This document shows positions 8,615 to 18,938 of a stretch of 64,000 nucleotides of DNA, piece after piece. The translations under genes and the position numbers were made by a program. The notes under the pieces are model-generated. The model was not told where the DNA came from. It saw only the letters and a program-made list of their open reading frames with translations, and ran no database searches. Source of the stretch: Bryobacteraceae bacterium (GTDB lineage Bacteria > Acidobacteriota > Terriglobia > Bryobacterales > Bryobacteraceae); contig JAWXCM010000206.1 of the NCBI GenBank assembly GCA_034408745.1, positions 6,326 to 70,325 on the forward strand, in the 5' to 3' direction. How positions within the stretch are numbered: the stretch's first letter is position 1; each line of letters starts with the position of its first letter.

Positions 8615-11244
8615 AGCCTCTCCCACCAACTGCTCGGCGGTTCGAAACCGTCGAGGATCCAGATGTCGCCTTCGTTGCTCCGCACGGTTACTACGACGCT
8701 TTTCTCATCGGGCGAGACGGCGAGGCGCGTGGGACCTCCAAGCGGACCGCGAAACTCCAGGGGCTCGGAGAAAACGTACAGGACCTGGATCTTCCCGGAA
8801 GTGGCGTCAACGCGAATGAAGTCCTGCCTGCCTTCCTTCTGCCGGATGGCATAGATGGTCTTCTCATCTTTTGACAGACCAGCGCTCCAGACGGCCTCAG
8901 ACGTGACCTGCTGCAGTATTTTGCCCTCGTCGAAGGACATGAAGAACATTCCCTTCTGACCAGCGCAAAGGATTCTGCTGGAGCCTGACGAAGACGCATT
9001 GCAGTTACTGGTCGCAAGTTTGACCGGACTCTCGCTGCTGCCTAACCGATATCGGTACATGCCAGTGGGGAGTAGCTGCAGGTCGGGCTTCTGTGAGGCT
9101 CCGAACGATCCAAACATGACGGAACTTCCGTCCGCCGACCAGACGGTGTTCAACGCATTCTTACCCGGAATCACGGGAGATGGTGTTCCGCCGCCGATGG
9201 ACGAGACATAGCCGGTAAGGCCATTGAAGGTAGTAACTCCGTAGGCAATGCGCTGTCCATCCGGAGAAAAAACCGGTCTTTCCAGCCACTGCGACCTGCC
9301 TCCCCCGAAGTCACGGGGCGATACTACGACACGCTCGAGCGTTCCGGCGCGGTTTCTGACCCGGATTTCGTCGCCATGTATATAGGCATATTCATCCCCG
9401 GCCGGCGACCAGGCAAGTTCCGACTGGTTCACTCTGGAGGAGAGGAAACTGCGCGGGGCGGAGCCGTCGACCGGGATCTCGATGAGCCGGAAGCGTGTGA
9501 GTCCCTGGGTGTAGGCAATGCGTTTCCCGTCGGGCGACACGGAAGGGTATGCCACAGGGGCCGACGTCGCGAGGATCGGACGAATCCGGCCTGTTTCAGT
9601 GTCGATGAGCTGAATACCCTGCTCACCCGGGGAGCTGGCTATAACGGCGTGCCTGTTGTCGGGGAGCCATGACAGATGGACCTGCAGTACCGAGTTGAGT
9701 TCCGTGAGAGTGCGCACGCTTCGTCCGGGTTCTACGAGAAGCAACCGGCTGCGCCGCCCGAGCAGGCGTTCGGACACCAGGATTCGTCTGGAGTCGGGCG
9801 ACCACGCAATGGTGGGAGAGGTACCGCAACACTCCAGCGACTGAGAGAGCCTGGTGGGCGCTGAACCGGGGGGAGACTCGACCCAAATACGCCGAATCTG
9901 CTCTTCGCCTTGTTTTGTGTCCCGCACAAATGCGAGCGACTTGCCGTCAGGCGAAGCAGCAATGTCGTGCGTCCGGTTTCCGGCGGGTACGGGCAGCGCT
10001 TCCGGCTGTCCGCCTGCACGCGACACGGACCACGCTACAGAACCAAGCAGGAAGTAGAGGCGGTTGCCGTCCACGGACCAGGCCAGGCGCTCTACGAACG
10101 TCGGACTGACCGCATTCGCAGCGATGCTCAGCTTTGCGATGACGGTGGGAGCGTTGCCGTCCGCGTTCTTCAGCATGATTCTGAAATCACGAGGCGTCTT
10201 CACCACATAAGCAATGCTGCGGCCATCGGGGGACCACGTGGCGCCGTACTCGCCCGATTCTTCTGTCGCGAATGGCGTGAAGCGATAGGCGGAAATCTCG
10301 GGTTGCCATTGCTGACGGGAAGCCAGGCCGATGAAGGCGGCAGCGGTCAGGAGCACGGCGGCGACTGCGGTCACAACGCCGGGCATCCTTCGACGGTACA
10401 TTTGCCGTGGAGGGGCCAAGGCCACGGGCTCCGTTGCTTCGCTGAGGCGCTCTCGGATGGTTCGCAGTTCCAGGAACAGATCGCGAGTGGTGTCGTAACG
10501 GCTGGCTGGGTCTTTCGACAGGAGCCGTTCGATCACCCAGCGCAGAGGCGCGGGTATGGAGCCGGGCAATGGCGGCGTCTCGTCGCGGATGATGGCCGAC
10601 AGCGTTTCAACGGTACTGTCGCGCTGAAACGGCCGCTTGCCAGCGGCGAGCTCATACAGCATGAGGCCGAGGGAAAACTGGTCACTGCGCGCATCGAGTC
10701 CGAGGCCACGGGCCTGCTCGGGGCTCATGTAAGCGGCGGTGCCAATGATGCTGCCCGGGTCCGTGACAGACGTGCGAGTCGCGTCTGTTGCCGCGGGAGC
10801 GGTGCCGGATTTCGCAAGGCCGAAGTCCAGTATCTTGGCCCGACCCGCCTTCGTGATCAGGATGTTGTCGGGCTTGAGGTCACGATGCAGGATTCCCGCT
10901 GCATGTGCGGCAGCGAGGCCATCCGCGATTTGCATCGCCATGTCGAGCAGTGCTCGCGTGTTGTCGGGGGCACGGAGCGGCTCACCGTCCACGTACTCCA
11001 TCACGATGTAGTTCTCGCCGACGTCGTAGATTTGCGCGATGTTGGGGTGGTTGAGGGCGGCGATGGCGCGGGCCTCGCGTTCGAAGCGCGCGGTGAACTG
11101 GGCGTGAGAGAACTTGATGGCGACGACGCGGTCGAGGCGTGTGTCGCGGGCTTTCCACACCTCGCCCATGCCGCCGGCACCGATGGGCGCGAGCAGTTCG
11201 TAGGGTCCGATGCGGGCGCCGGCCTTCATTGTTTGCGCGGCCAT
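8596..11244 (-). CDS. Receptor Ser/Thr protein kinase K4 (kinase-TM-TolB-like propeller)
   Basis: The ORF track extends to 11577. That 111-aa Arg/Pro-rich extension lies inside K5 and has no kinase homology. The ATG at 11244 gives MAAQTMKAGARIGPYELL, which aligns with the K2/K3 N-termini. It lies 2 nt after the K5 stop. Confidence 0.85.
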   Translation of the reverse strand: MAAQTMKAGARIGPYELLAPIGAGGMGEVWKARDTRLDRVVAIKFSHAQFTARFEREARAIAALNHPNIAQIYDVGENYIVMEYVDGEPLRAPDNTRALLDMAMQIADGLAAAHAAGILHRDLKPDNILITKAGRAKILDFGLAKSGTAPAATDATRTSVTDPGSIIGTAAYMSPEQARGLGLDARSDQFSLGLMLYELAAGKRPFQRDSTVETLSAIIRDETPPLPGSIPAPLRWVIERLLSKDPASRYDTTRDLFLELRTIRERLSEATEPVALAPPRQMYRRRMPGVVTAVAAVLLTAAAFIGLASRQQWQPEISAYRFTPFATEESGEYGATWSPDGRSIAYVVKTPRDFRIMLKNADGNAPTVIAKLSIAANAVSPTFVERLAWSVDGNRLYFLLGSVAWSVSRAGGQPEALPVPAGNRTHDIAASPDGKSLAFVRDTKQGEEQIRRIWVESPPGSAPTRLSQSLECCGTSPTIAWSPDSRRILVSERLLGRRSRLLLVEPGRSVRTLTELNSVLQVHLSWLPDNRHAVIASSPGEQGIQLIDTETGRIRPILATSAPVAYPSVSPDGKRIAYTQGLTRFRLIEIPVDGSAPRSFLSSRVNQSELAWSPAGDEYAYIHGDEIRVRNRAGTLERVVVSPRDFGGGRSQWLERPVFSPDGQRIAYGVTTFNGLTGYVSSIGGGTPSPVIPGKNALNTVWSADGSSVMFGSFGASQKPDLQLLPTGMYRYRLGSSESPVKLATSNCNASSSGSSRILCAGQKGMFFMSFDEGKILQQVTSEAVWSAGLSKDEKTIYAIRQKEGRQDFIRVDATSGKIQVLYVFSEPLEFRGPLGGPTRLAVSPDEKSVVVTVRSNEGDIWILDGFEPPSSWWERLWPRKQ
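8612..8624 (-). promoter_or_regulatory. Shine-Dalgarno plus ATG of K3, embedded in the K4 C-terminal codons
   Basis: Same tGGGAGAGGctATGgcc string as at 6015-6027. In the K4 frame it encodes WERLW. Confidence 0.65.
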
Positions 11245-11246
11245 AA

Positions 11247-13751
11247 CTAGATTAGGCCCTTCGCCACAATCAGCTCGGAGGAAAACGCGCGATGGATGTA
11301 TACATATGATTTCCCGTCCGGTGTGACCCTGACCAGACCGGGATCGACTCTGGCTCCGGGCGGGGGTTCCAGATTGTACACCGGCCTGAGGTCGTTCGTT
11401 GCCAGATCGAGGCGGGACAGGCGTGCTCCGATTTTGCCGCCTGTGGCCACCCATGCGACGCGCCCGTCGGGCGTGATGCCTGCGACTTCCTGGTTCGGCT
11501 CCAGGCGGATGACCCGGTGGCCGGCGCCACCGAGTGGGAACAGGATCCATGCGCGTTCCGTCGTGCGCGCAAGGCACAGATTGGCCTGCTCTGCCACGAA
11601 GGCGCCGTACTGATCGAAGGGCATTTCCGGTCCGATTACCTGCAACTCTTGCTTACGAGCCTTCCAGAGATAGAACCGGCGTGTCTTCCCCTGCTCCCGC
11701 CCATTCACGACATACGTTTCATCCGGCAGCCACGCTACGATGCCCGCTGTTTTCGCTGGGAACCGGTCAATGATGAATGGCCTTTCCTGCCCTGGGCCAG
11801 TCGGCGCCAACACCGATCGAACATCGCCGGCGGTCCTGAACAACTGCACCCATTGGCCATCGGGTGAGATCGACACGGGGCCGCCGTCTCCCAGCCTGAC
11901 GGCAGGAGAACCGTCGAGGCGGCGCATGAAGGTAACTTGCTTCCCTTCATTGGTAAGAAAAGCACAAAAGGAACCGTCCTGCGACAAGAGCACGCTCAGG
12001 ATTGTGTCCGTCCAGGGGAGGTCCAGGTCGCTTCCACCTGCCACTCGTCCCCGGATGCCATGCCTTACATCGGTCTGACGCAGCAGCACCCTGCCATCTG
12101 CCGATATGCTTTGTGGCTCACTCAGGCCGGGGAGGGTTGTAACGACGCGCATCTTTCCGTTGAGGTTGACCGCATAGATCTTGCCAGGTTCTCCCACCAA
12201 AGGAGACACGAACCAAAGCTCGCGGCCATCCGGCGTCCAGCAGGCGCTCGAGGCATGGTGTCCCTGCGTGGTGAAGGAGGCGAGGACTGTCTCCTTGCCT
12301 CGCTTGTCAAGAACCGCTACTTTGAAGCCCGATCCGCGAAACACGGCGCCTCCCGATCCCGTATAGGACACGTGTTCCCCAGACGGTGACACACACACCG
12401 AATAAATGGCTGCGACGCCAGTTCGTTCCACCAGGGGGGTTCCGATCGGATACTGAATGCTGGACTTGTCTCCGGTGGTATGCAGAACCGCCAGGGATTC
12501 TCCGTCAGGGGACCAGTCCGCATACACAACGCCAGCCAGCAGTTGCCGGGGCGCGCCTCCGGACAGCGGCATACGAGCGAGCGTGCGACCCCGTCCCAGA
12601 ATGACCGCCAATTCGTTCTTTGTTGAAACAGCGGCAAGGTCAAAGATATCGTCGGTGGATATCTCATGACCGATTTTCTCGTGCGGCTCCAGATATTGAA
12701 GCCTGCGGGGTTCCGGGCCTAAACCCGTGCTAAAGACGACGCCACCGTTGGTGGTGAAGCGGGCATTGCCGATCCCGCCTTCGCGGAACGACAACCTCTG
12801 AAAGGCAGCATACCGCAAGCCCGTTTGCCTGTTCCCCAGCCAGTAACCGCCCGCTCCGACGGCCGCCACACCGGCGAGCGTGGCACCTCGCATGAGCCAT
12901 GTGCGACGCGGTATCGTGGTCACTTCGCGAATCGGCGCGAGGCCTGTCGTGGTTCCGCTGACCCGGAGCGCGAAGGCGAAATCCTGGGCTGACTGGAAGC
13001 GGCGCTGCGGCTGCTTTTCCAGAGCGTGCGCCACCACCTGGCGAAGCGAGGGCGGCGTTTGCTCCGGCAGTTCGGGCGCGTCCTCTTTCAGGATCGCGGT
13101 CATGGTCTCGACTGCCGTTGGCCGTAGAAATGGCTTCGTCCCGGACAGCATTTCATGCAGGATAATGCCGAGGCTGAAAATATCGGAGCGGTGATCCGCG
13201 ACGTCGGCACGGACCTGCTCAGGACTCATGTAAGCCACTGTGCCGAGCACGGTCCCGGGGTCAGTCATGCTGACGGTGCGGGTCCGGTCATCCTCCGCGG
13301 TGGCTGGCGTCACACGTCTTGCGATGCCGAAGTCGAGGATCTTCGGGGTGCCGCTCTGCGTGACGAGGATATTGTCAGGCTTGAGGTCTCGATGCACGAA
13401 CCCGGTCGCGTGAGCTGCCGCGAGGCCGTCGGCCACCTGAGCGATGAGCTCGACAGCCCGCCGGGTACTGTCCGTCGGGCTGAGAGGCGCGCCGTCGACG
13501 TACTCCATGACAATGTAATTTTCGCCGACATCGTAGATCTGGGCGATGTTGGCGTGGTTCAGCGCAGCGATGGCGCGGGCCTCGCGTTCGAAGCGCTCTG
13601 TGAACTGGGCGTGGGAGAACTTGATGGCGACGATGCGGTCGAGCCGCGTGTCGCGAGCTTTCCACACCTCCCCCATGCCGCCCGCGCCAATTGGCGCGAG
13701 CAGTTCGTAAGGTCCGACGCGGCGGCCCGACTGCATTAATTCCGGGGCCAT
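11247..13751 (-). CDS. Receptor Ser/Thr protein kinase K5, the divergent member (kinase-TM-beta-propeller-like ectodomain)
   Basis: Kinase motifs are present but the activation segment is DFGIARRV. The ectodomain differs from the others and lacks the WERLWPR tail. The ATG at 13751 (MAPELMQSG) is preceded by GGGAGAGG. The ORF track start at 13763 is also possible. Confidence 0.85.
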   Translation of the reverse strand: MAPELMQSGRRVGPYELLAPIGAGGMGEVWKARDTRLDRIVAIKFSHAQFTERFEREARAIAALNHANIAQIYDVGENYIVMEYVDGAPLSPTDSTRRAVELIAQVADGLAAAHATGFVHRDLKPDNILVTQSGTPKILDFGIARRVTPATAEDDRTRTVSMTDPGTVLGTVAYMSPEQVRADVADHRSDIFSLGIILHEMLSGTKPFLRPTAVETMTAILKEDAPELPEQTPPSLRQVVAHALEKQPQRRFQSAQDFAFALRVSGTTTGLAPIREVTTIPRRTWLMRGATLAGVAAVGAGGYWLGNRQTGLRYAAFQRLSFREGGIGNARFTTNGGVVFSTGLGPEPRRLQYLEPHEKIGHEISTDDIFDLAAVSTKNELAVILGRGRTLARMPLSGGAPRQLLAGVVYADWSPDGESLAVLHTTGDKSSIQYPIGTPLVERTGVAAIYSVCVSPSGEHVSYTGSGGAVFRGSGFKVAVLDKRGKETVLASFTTQGHHASSACWTPDGRELWFVSPLVGEPGKIYAVNLNGKMRVVTTLPGLSEPQSISADGRVLLRQTDVRHGIRGRVAGGSDLDLPWTDTILSVLLSQDGSFCAFLTNEGKQVTFMRRLDGSPAVRLGDGGPVSISPDGQWVQLFRTAGDVRSVLAPTGPGQERPFIIDRFPAKTAGIVAWLPDETYVVNGREQGKTRRFYLWKARKQELQVIGPEMPFDQYGAFVAEQANLCLARTTERAWILFPLGGAGHRVIRLEPNQEVAGITPDGRVAWVATGGKIGARLSRLDLATNDLRPVYNLEPPPGARVDPGLVRVTPDGKSYVYIHRAFSSELIVAKGLI

Positions 13752-16348
13752 AACCTCTCCCAAAGAGTGCGCGGTTGCCGGAAGCCGTTGAGGATCCAGA
13801 TGTCGCCGTCTTGCACCAGGACGGATGCTGCCACGGACTTTCCGTCGGGCGAAAGCGACAGTCGGGCAGTACCAATTGGGCTGGAGGAGGCATAATCGCG
13901 GTCGAACGTGGACAACACTCGATGTGCGCCGGTCTCGACATTCACTTCCGCGAGTTGCGTTCTCTCCTGCGGGGCCATGGTGAGGTACAGGATTCGCTTG
14001 CCATCCCGCGACCAGGCAATGGGGCCAACCCTGTCGCCCAGTTTGCGAGGTGTGCCCCCGTGTGCGGGAATCAGTTCCAGACTGTTCGGGCCGTTACAGG
14101 CAATCCAGTCAGACACCGGGGACCATGCGGGAGTGGCACACGCGGTTGTGTGGACTGGCTGCGGATGGTCCCCGCTGCCGATGCGCAGCTTCGCCAGTAT
14201 CGTGCTCTGCCCCAGCCGGGTATGGTTGAAGGCGATCCACTGAGCGTCGGGCGAGAACGTAGCCGCGTAGCCGCCGTCGGGATTGCCACGCGCAATTCGG
14301 GCCAGCGCTCCGCCGCCTGCGGGAACAGCCCAGATCGACAGCCCGGGCTCGCAGCCACTACATGTGAACAGGATACGGGTCCCATCCGGTGAATAAACTA
14401 TCGAACCGAGCATCGGCCGCGATATGTCGTCCGGGAAGTCCTTCGGCGTCACAAGAACCTTTTCGCTGGAACCCTTGCCGTCCCGAACAATGAGTTCGTC
14501 GAGGGTGGCGAACACGAACTGATCTGCGCGCGGCGACCAGGCCACGGAATGCTGGTCCAGCTTTTCCGATGTCAGGAGCCGGGCAGGCGAGCCGTCCAGC
14601 GGCAGTTCTGCCAGGCCGAAGCCGTGCGTTTGCGTTGTGTACGCAAGTCTTGCGCCGTCCCGCGTGACAGTAAGGCCACTCTGCAAGGTTGCAGCGGGCA
14701 ACAGTGAGGCTTGCGTACCATCGCGCAGGTCGAAGAGACGCAGTCCCTGATCGCCGCCCGATTTCGAAAGCCCGGTTGCCACTCCGTAGCGGTCTCCGGG
14801 CAATGGCCACACCGTCGCATTGAGGCCTTGTGCGTCCAATCGGTATTCCCGGGCTTGCCCGTCGAGGGAGATCCACCAGAGCTGGCGATTTCCACCTTCG
14901 TCCGGCATGTGCACCATGACGTGTTTCCCGTCCGGCGCCCAGGTGATGGCGGGCGGTGTCAGGCAGCAAGGCAGGGCTGGCCCGAACGGCTTCGGCTCGG
15001 CTCCCGGGGGCGAGGAGAGGCCCACCCGGCGAGTCCGTTTTCCATCGACTTCCTCGGTTACAAGCACAGCCAGCGTATCGGCCACGGGGGACATGGCGGG
15101 AGTACCCGCGGCCACTGCCAGCCGCCGCGGCTCGCCGCCTGCGCGAGACACCGACGCGATAAAGCCGGGCGTGTGGGAACGGTCCTGATAGTAGATGCGC
15201 TCCCCGTCCGCGGACCAGCTCAGGTACAGGAAGTTCGAGCCGCGAGCCAGTGTCACCGGTGCGCCGCCACCTACACCCTTGACCACAATCTTCATGCTGT
15301 TGCCGTCCGAGATGGTGTACGCGATGGAGCGGCCATCGGGTGACCAGGCGGGTTGCGATTCATTCTCCGTCGTTACAGCGAACGGGGTGAAGCGATAGTT
15401 GGAGGCGTCGAGGCCTGGGGGCGGCGCCAGCATGGTGCCGATCAGAATGCAGAGTGCGGAAAGCGCTGCTGCCGCTGCTCCGACTTTCCACCACGGCCGT
15501 TTCCGGGCTGCTGTTTGAGGCGCCGCGACTGCGGTTCCAGACGCGCTGCTGAAGCGCTCGCGGGCACTGCGCAGTTCCAGATACAGGCCGCGGGTTGTGT
15601 CGTACCGATTCTCGGGATCTTTCGCAAGGCAGCGCTCGATGATCCAGCGCAGCGGCGCGGGGACCTCCAGTGGCAACGGCTCGGCGTCTTCGCGGATGAT
15701 GGCGGTGAGCACTTCCGCCGTCGAGGCACGCTCGAACGCCCGGTGGCCGGTTGCGAGCTCGTACATGACGAGCCCGAACGAGAACTGGTCGCTGCGCGCG
15801 TCGAGCTGCAGGCCCCGAGCCTGTTCCGGGCTCATGTAAGCCACTGTGCCGACGATTGCTCCAGGCTGCGTGGAGGTTACCGTAGCATCGCCTCCAGCGG
15901 CCGCGAAGGTCTGTTTGGCGAGTCCGAAGTCCAGGATCTTGACCCGGCCTGACTTCGTGATCAGGATGTTGTCTGGCTTGAGATCGCGATGGATGATGCC
16001 TGCGGCGTGTGCGGCGGCGAGGCCGTCGGCGATCTGGATGGCGATGTCGAGCAGCTTGCGCACATCATCGACGCGCCGTATCGCAGCGCCTTCGACGTAC
16101 TCCATGACGATGTAGGTCTCGCCGACATCGTAGATCTGGGCTATGTTGGGGTGGTTCAGTGCGGCGATGGCGCGGGCCTCGCGTTCGAAGCGTTCGGTGA
16201 ACTGGGCCTGGGAGAACTTGATGGCTACGGTGCGGTTCAGGCGGCTGTCGAGGGCTTTCCACACTTCGCCCATACCGCCGGCGCCGACCGGTGTCTGGAG
16301 AAGATAAGGGCCAACGTACGTGCCCTCACGAGCGTCAACGCCTGCCAT
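13736..16348 (-). CDS. Receptor Ser/Thr protein kinase K6, first gene of the array (kinase-TM-TolB-like propeller)
   Basis: 870 aa with [22 protein letters not shown] and DFGLAK, a TM helix and SPDG-type blades. It ends ...[23 protein letters not shown]. About 200 nt of non-coding sequence lies upstream. Confidence 0.9.
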   Translation of the reverse strand: MAGVDAREGTYVGPYLLQTPVGAGGMGEVWKALDSRLNRTVAIKFSQAQFTERFEREARAIAALNHPNIAQIYDVGETYIVMEYVEGAAIRRVDDVRKLLDIAIQIADGLAAAHAAGIIHRDLKPDNILITKSGRVKILDFGLAKQTFAAAGGDATVTSTQPGAIVGTVAYMSPEQARGLQLDARSDQFSFGLVMYELATGHRAFERASTAEVLTAIIREDAEPLPLEVPAPLRWIIERCLAKDPENRYDTTRGLYLELRSARERFSSASGTAVAAPQTAARKRPWWKVGAAAAALSALCILIGTMLAPPPGLDASNYRFTPFAVTTENESQPAWSPDGRSIAYTISDGNSMKIVVKGVGGGAPVTLARGSNFLYLSWSADGERIYYQDRSHTPGFIASVSRAGGEPRRLAVAAGTPAMSPVADTLAVLVTEEVDGKRTRRVGLSSPPGAEPKPFGPALPCCLTPPAITWAPDGKHVMVHMPDEGGNRQLWWISLDGQAREYRLDAQGLNATVWPLPGDRYGVATGLSKSGGDQGLRLFDLRDGTQASLLPAATLQSGLTVTRDGARLAYTTQTHGFGLAELPLDGSPARLLTSEKLDQHSVAWSPRADQFVFATLDELIVRDGKGSSEKVLVTPKDFPDDISRPMLGSIVYSPDGTRILFTCSGCEPGLSIWAVPAGGGALARIARGNPDGGYAATFSPDAQWIAFNHTRLGQSTILAKLRIGSGDHPQPVHTTACATPAWSPVSDWIACNGPNSLELIPAHGGTPRKLGDRVGPIAWSRDGKRILYLTMAPQERTQLAEVNVETGAHRVLSTFDRDYASSSPIGTARLSLSPDGKSVAASVLVQDGDIWILNGFRQPRTLWERLWPRN
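13749..13761 (-). promoter_or_regulatory. Shine-Dalgarno plus ATG of K5, embedded in the K6 C-terminal codons
   Basis: The minus strand reads tGGGAGAGGttATGgcc. In the K6 frame these bases are tgg gag agg tta tgg = WERLW. Confidence 0.6.
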
Positions 16349-16501
16349 GGTTTGTTTAGCGAACTCAACAACACTTTAGGGCTGCGCAGGGCGACCGGAA
16401 TGGGATGCTGCGCAAGCGTTTAATTATAGCGAATGCGTTAGTGAATATCGCCGAGACTGGCTCTGAGGAAGCGCGCCGATACCCAGTTCTGAGCATTACG
16501 T

Positions 16502-16539
16502 GAAAAGGGGGGACAGCACCTCCGGGGTGCTGTCCCCCC
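16502..16539 (-). terminator. Rho-independent terminator downstream of the CHRD-repeat gene
   Basis: A perfect 14-bp stem pairs GGGGGGACAGCACC (16507-16520) with GGTGCTGTCCCCCC (16526-16539) around a 5-nt loop. On the minus strand a TTTT run follows (complement of aaaa at 16503-16506). It sits 10 nt after the stop at 16549. Confidence 0.65.
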
Positions 16540-16548
16540 GCATGTGCC

Positions 16549-18591
16549 CTACCGGATCCGTACGTTCACAACGTTGGAGCTCGCTCCACCGATGCTGATC
16601 ATAGCCGGCTGATCTCCGGAACGTGCGTCGGCAGGAATCCGGACCAGAACCTGATACAGTCCGACGTATCCCGGCGACGGCAGGGAATCGAGCACCTCAA
16701 CAGCGCGTGCTCCGATGGTGGCGGTAACTCGGGCCGTGGACGTGCCGTTCCTGTATGCCGGGATTGCGCCGGTCAGGAGCGCTTCTCCGCTCGCCGTCTG
16801 GCCCAGGCCTGTCGCGAAAAACCACACCAGCTCGTTGGGCTGCGCCGGATGCTGTGGGCTGACAAGGGAGTAGTCAAGGTGGATGGCGGTTCCACCCTCC
16901 GATCCGAAATACAACGCCGGAGCAACGGCAGCCACCGTCGCATTCACCGGGTTGCTGGCACCCGCACTCGTAACTACCCTGACGGGCCGCTGACCCGGCG
17001 GAACTTCGAAAGGCACCTGGATCACTGCGAATGTCGGTGAGACCATAAGCATCGGAGCCCGGATGCCACCGACCGATACGCCGACACCGGCAAGCGTCCA
17101 CGGAACGTAGCTGCCCTCCATCGAGCGCAGGTCTTGCGTCAGCCGGGCGAAGTTGATTCCGTAAACTGTCGCGAGACCGCCCGCAGCTACCGTGGTCAAC
17201 CCAGGGTCGCTCACCGCCGAGATCACAGCGGAAATCTGAGGCGCACCCATGTTCGGGATCGCCAGCGGTGAACTGAATGCCGCCGACGCGCCAGCAGCTG
17301 GTGTCAGGGTGAGGGTGTAGAGATCGGGGTTTGAAAGAATAAAGTCAAGATCCCCGGTACCCAGTACGCTGCTTACCGTCACGAATCGGGAGATAACGCC
17401 ACCGCCACTCCGCAAGGTGACCGGGTTCGTCTGGCTGATTCGACTGTCGATGGACGGACGCGTTCGTCCAGGCGCACCGGTTTGGAGCGCGAGGCCGGTG
17501 AACACGGTGGGAGCGGAGACACGCGGCGCCACGCTGATTTCCGCAACGCCAGCCTGTACCGTTCCATCGCCACCGCGTATCGTATAGACGGTCAGCGCGG
17601 CGGGGACTGGCGGAATGCCGGAGACAGTACCGGTGAGCATTGTTTCGATGACCGTCCTGTCGGTATTTCGCAGTGGCGCGCGCACAATACCGCCAGGCAA
17701 CTCCGATGTGTGCAGATTGAGGTAATAGCCGGCCGGACGCGCAAACAGACCTGCCAGAGCGTCTCGCGAGGCAGCGTTCGAGACATTCACCTCAACGCGG
17801 CTGCGAAAGTTGCCGATGCCCGGCGCCGGTACGCTGACCGGGTTTGAGGCGCTGATCGGCGTGCCTATCGTCACCGGTCCGGCAACACCCGCGTCACCGG
17901 TGTGAATGTGAAGACCGGTGAGAGTCGCCGGGCGGTTCAGGTTGTAGTCGACATCAAAGAACACTTCACCTGAACTCAGCGCGCCTGACGCATCGCGCGT
18001 CGCATAAGCGATGATCGTGCCGACAGCGAAAGCGTTCGGCTGATCCTGCTGCGCGGGTACTTCGTTTTCCGGCCGCATCTGACCCAGGAGCACGACCTTT
18101 TGCGCACGCTGAAGTTCTCCCTGCAGCGGAGATCCCGAGGACTGCACGTCCAGGTAGTACCTGCCAGGATTTGCCAGAATTCCGCGAATCGCCTGGAGGC
18201 CGGTATCAGCCCCGGGTTCGCCCGCAACAAACGACGTCTGGTTCTCGACAGTCGACGTACCAGTTCCAGCAGGAACCGCATCGGTGCTGCTCAAACCGGT
18301 CTCGATAACCACGGCGCCGTTCGATCCGACCGCCCCTTCCCGAATGCGCACGCTGGTGATGCCGGCCGCCTGCGCTGTCAGCAGGTTCAGCCTCACTTCA
18401 ACCGTGGCAGACTCAACCTGCCCGGAATTGCCGCGTACGGTATGAATAAGCAACGTTGCTGTGCTCGCAGGCGCGTTGCCGGCTGGCGTTTGACCGCCCG
18501 ACGCCAGTACGCTGCGAAACGGCAAAGTTTCTATGTTTTGCGCCCAAATCGCCGACGCGCACAGTAGTCCCGCAATGATTCTGATCAACAT
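16549..18591 (-). CDS. Secreted protein with about three CHRD-like repeats and a Solibacter-type (TIGR03437-like) C-terminal domain
   Basis: The ATG at 18591 (MLIRIIAGLLCASAIWAQ, a signal peptide) has GGAGG 7 nt upstream. The ORF track start at 18777 was rejected. The canonical CHRD block is MRPENEVP...LTGLHIHTGDAGVAGPV...YYLNLHTSELPGGIVRAPL. The C-terminal 200 aa resemble the Solibacter C-terminal Ig-like domain, from memory. Confidence 0.7.
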   Translation of the reverse strand: MLIRIIAGLLCASAIWAQNIETLPFRSVLASGGQTPAGNAPASTATLLIHTVRGNSGQVESATVEVRLNLLTAQAAGITSVRIREGAVGSNGAVVIETGLSSTDAVPAGTGTSTVENQTSFVAGEPGADTGLQAIRGILANPGRYYLDVQSSGSPLQGELQRAQKVVLLGQMRPENEVPAQQDQPNAFAVGTIIAYATRDASGALSSGEVFFDVDYNLNRPATLTGLHIHTGDAGVAGPVTIGTPISASNPVSVPAPGIGNFRSRVEVNVSNAASRDALAGLFARPAGYYLNLHTSELPGGIVRAPLRNTDRTVIETMLTGTVSGIPPVPAALTVYTIRGGDGTVQAGVAEISVAPRVSAPTVFTGLALQTGAPGRTRPSIDSRISQTNPVTLRSGGGVISRFVTVSSVLGTGDLDFILSNPDLYTLTLTPAAGASAAFSSPLAIPNMGAPQISAVISAVSDPGLTTVAAGGLATVYGINFARLTQDLRSMEGSYVPWTLAGVGVSVGGIRAPMLMVSPTFAVIQVPFEVPPGQRPVRVVTSAGASNPVNATVAAVAPALYFGSEGGTAIHLDYSLVSPQHPAQPNELVWFFATGLGQTASGEALLTGAIPAYRNGTSTARVTATIGARAVEVLDSLPSPGYVGLYQVLVRIPADARSGDQPAMISIGGASSNVVNVRIR

Positions 18592-18938
18592 CAAAATTCC
18601 TCCAATGGCTCGACGGCCGACGGCAAGACGGGGGATGGGTACATCGGGTTGCATGTACACCCTCGTGGTCTGGTCTGTGACTATCCAGAGAGACCGAGCT
18701 TCGTGGCGGGTCTTCACTTCGTGATCGGGCGTACAGCCCAGCCGGTAATTGTCGAAAAAGCAGCAGCCCCATACCACGGCGCGACAGATAGTTCGTCCAG
18801 TTATCCAGCATCGACTAGTTGTGCAGCCGTGTCAACAGAAAGTAAGATGGTCCGAGGACAAAGCGAACGCAACCTCCGTTGAAGCCCATCCCCGAGCATG
18901 CCGCGCGCCTGGATAATCATCATGCCCGCTGACCCAAA

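Noticed and set aside
11245-11577. 111-aa N-terminal extension of kinase K4 in the ORF track (8596..11577)
   Set aside because: The extension is Arg/Pro-rich, lies inside the K5 coding region in another frame, and has no counterpart in the paralogues. The ATG at 11244 reproduces the conserved MAA... start.
856-16348. Regular repetition seen while scanning the array (possible CRISPR or tandem DNA repeat)
   Set aside because: The periodicity comes from protein-level SPDG/PD40 blades and from whole-gene paralogy. There are no short identical direct repeats separated by unique spacers.
16423-16428. Perfect TATAAT on the minus strand, 75 nt upstream of the K6 start, as the array promoter
   Set aside because: No convincing -35 hexamer lies 16-18 nt away (gcgata / cgatat). 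Promoter consensus in this lineage is uncertain, so a single hexamer is not enough to call a promoter.
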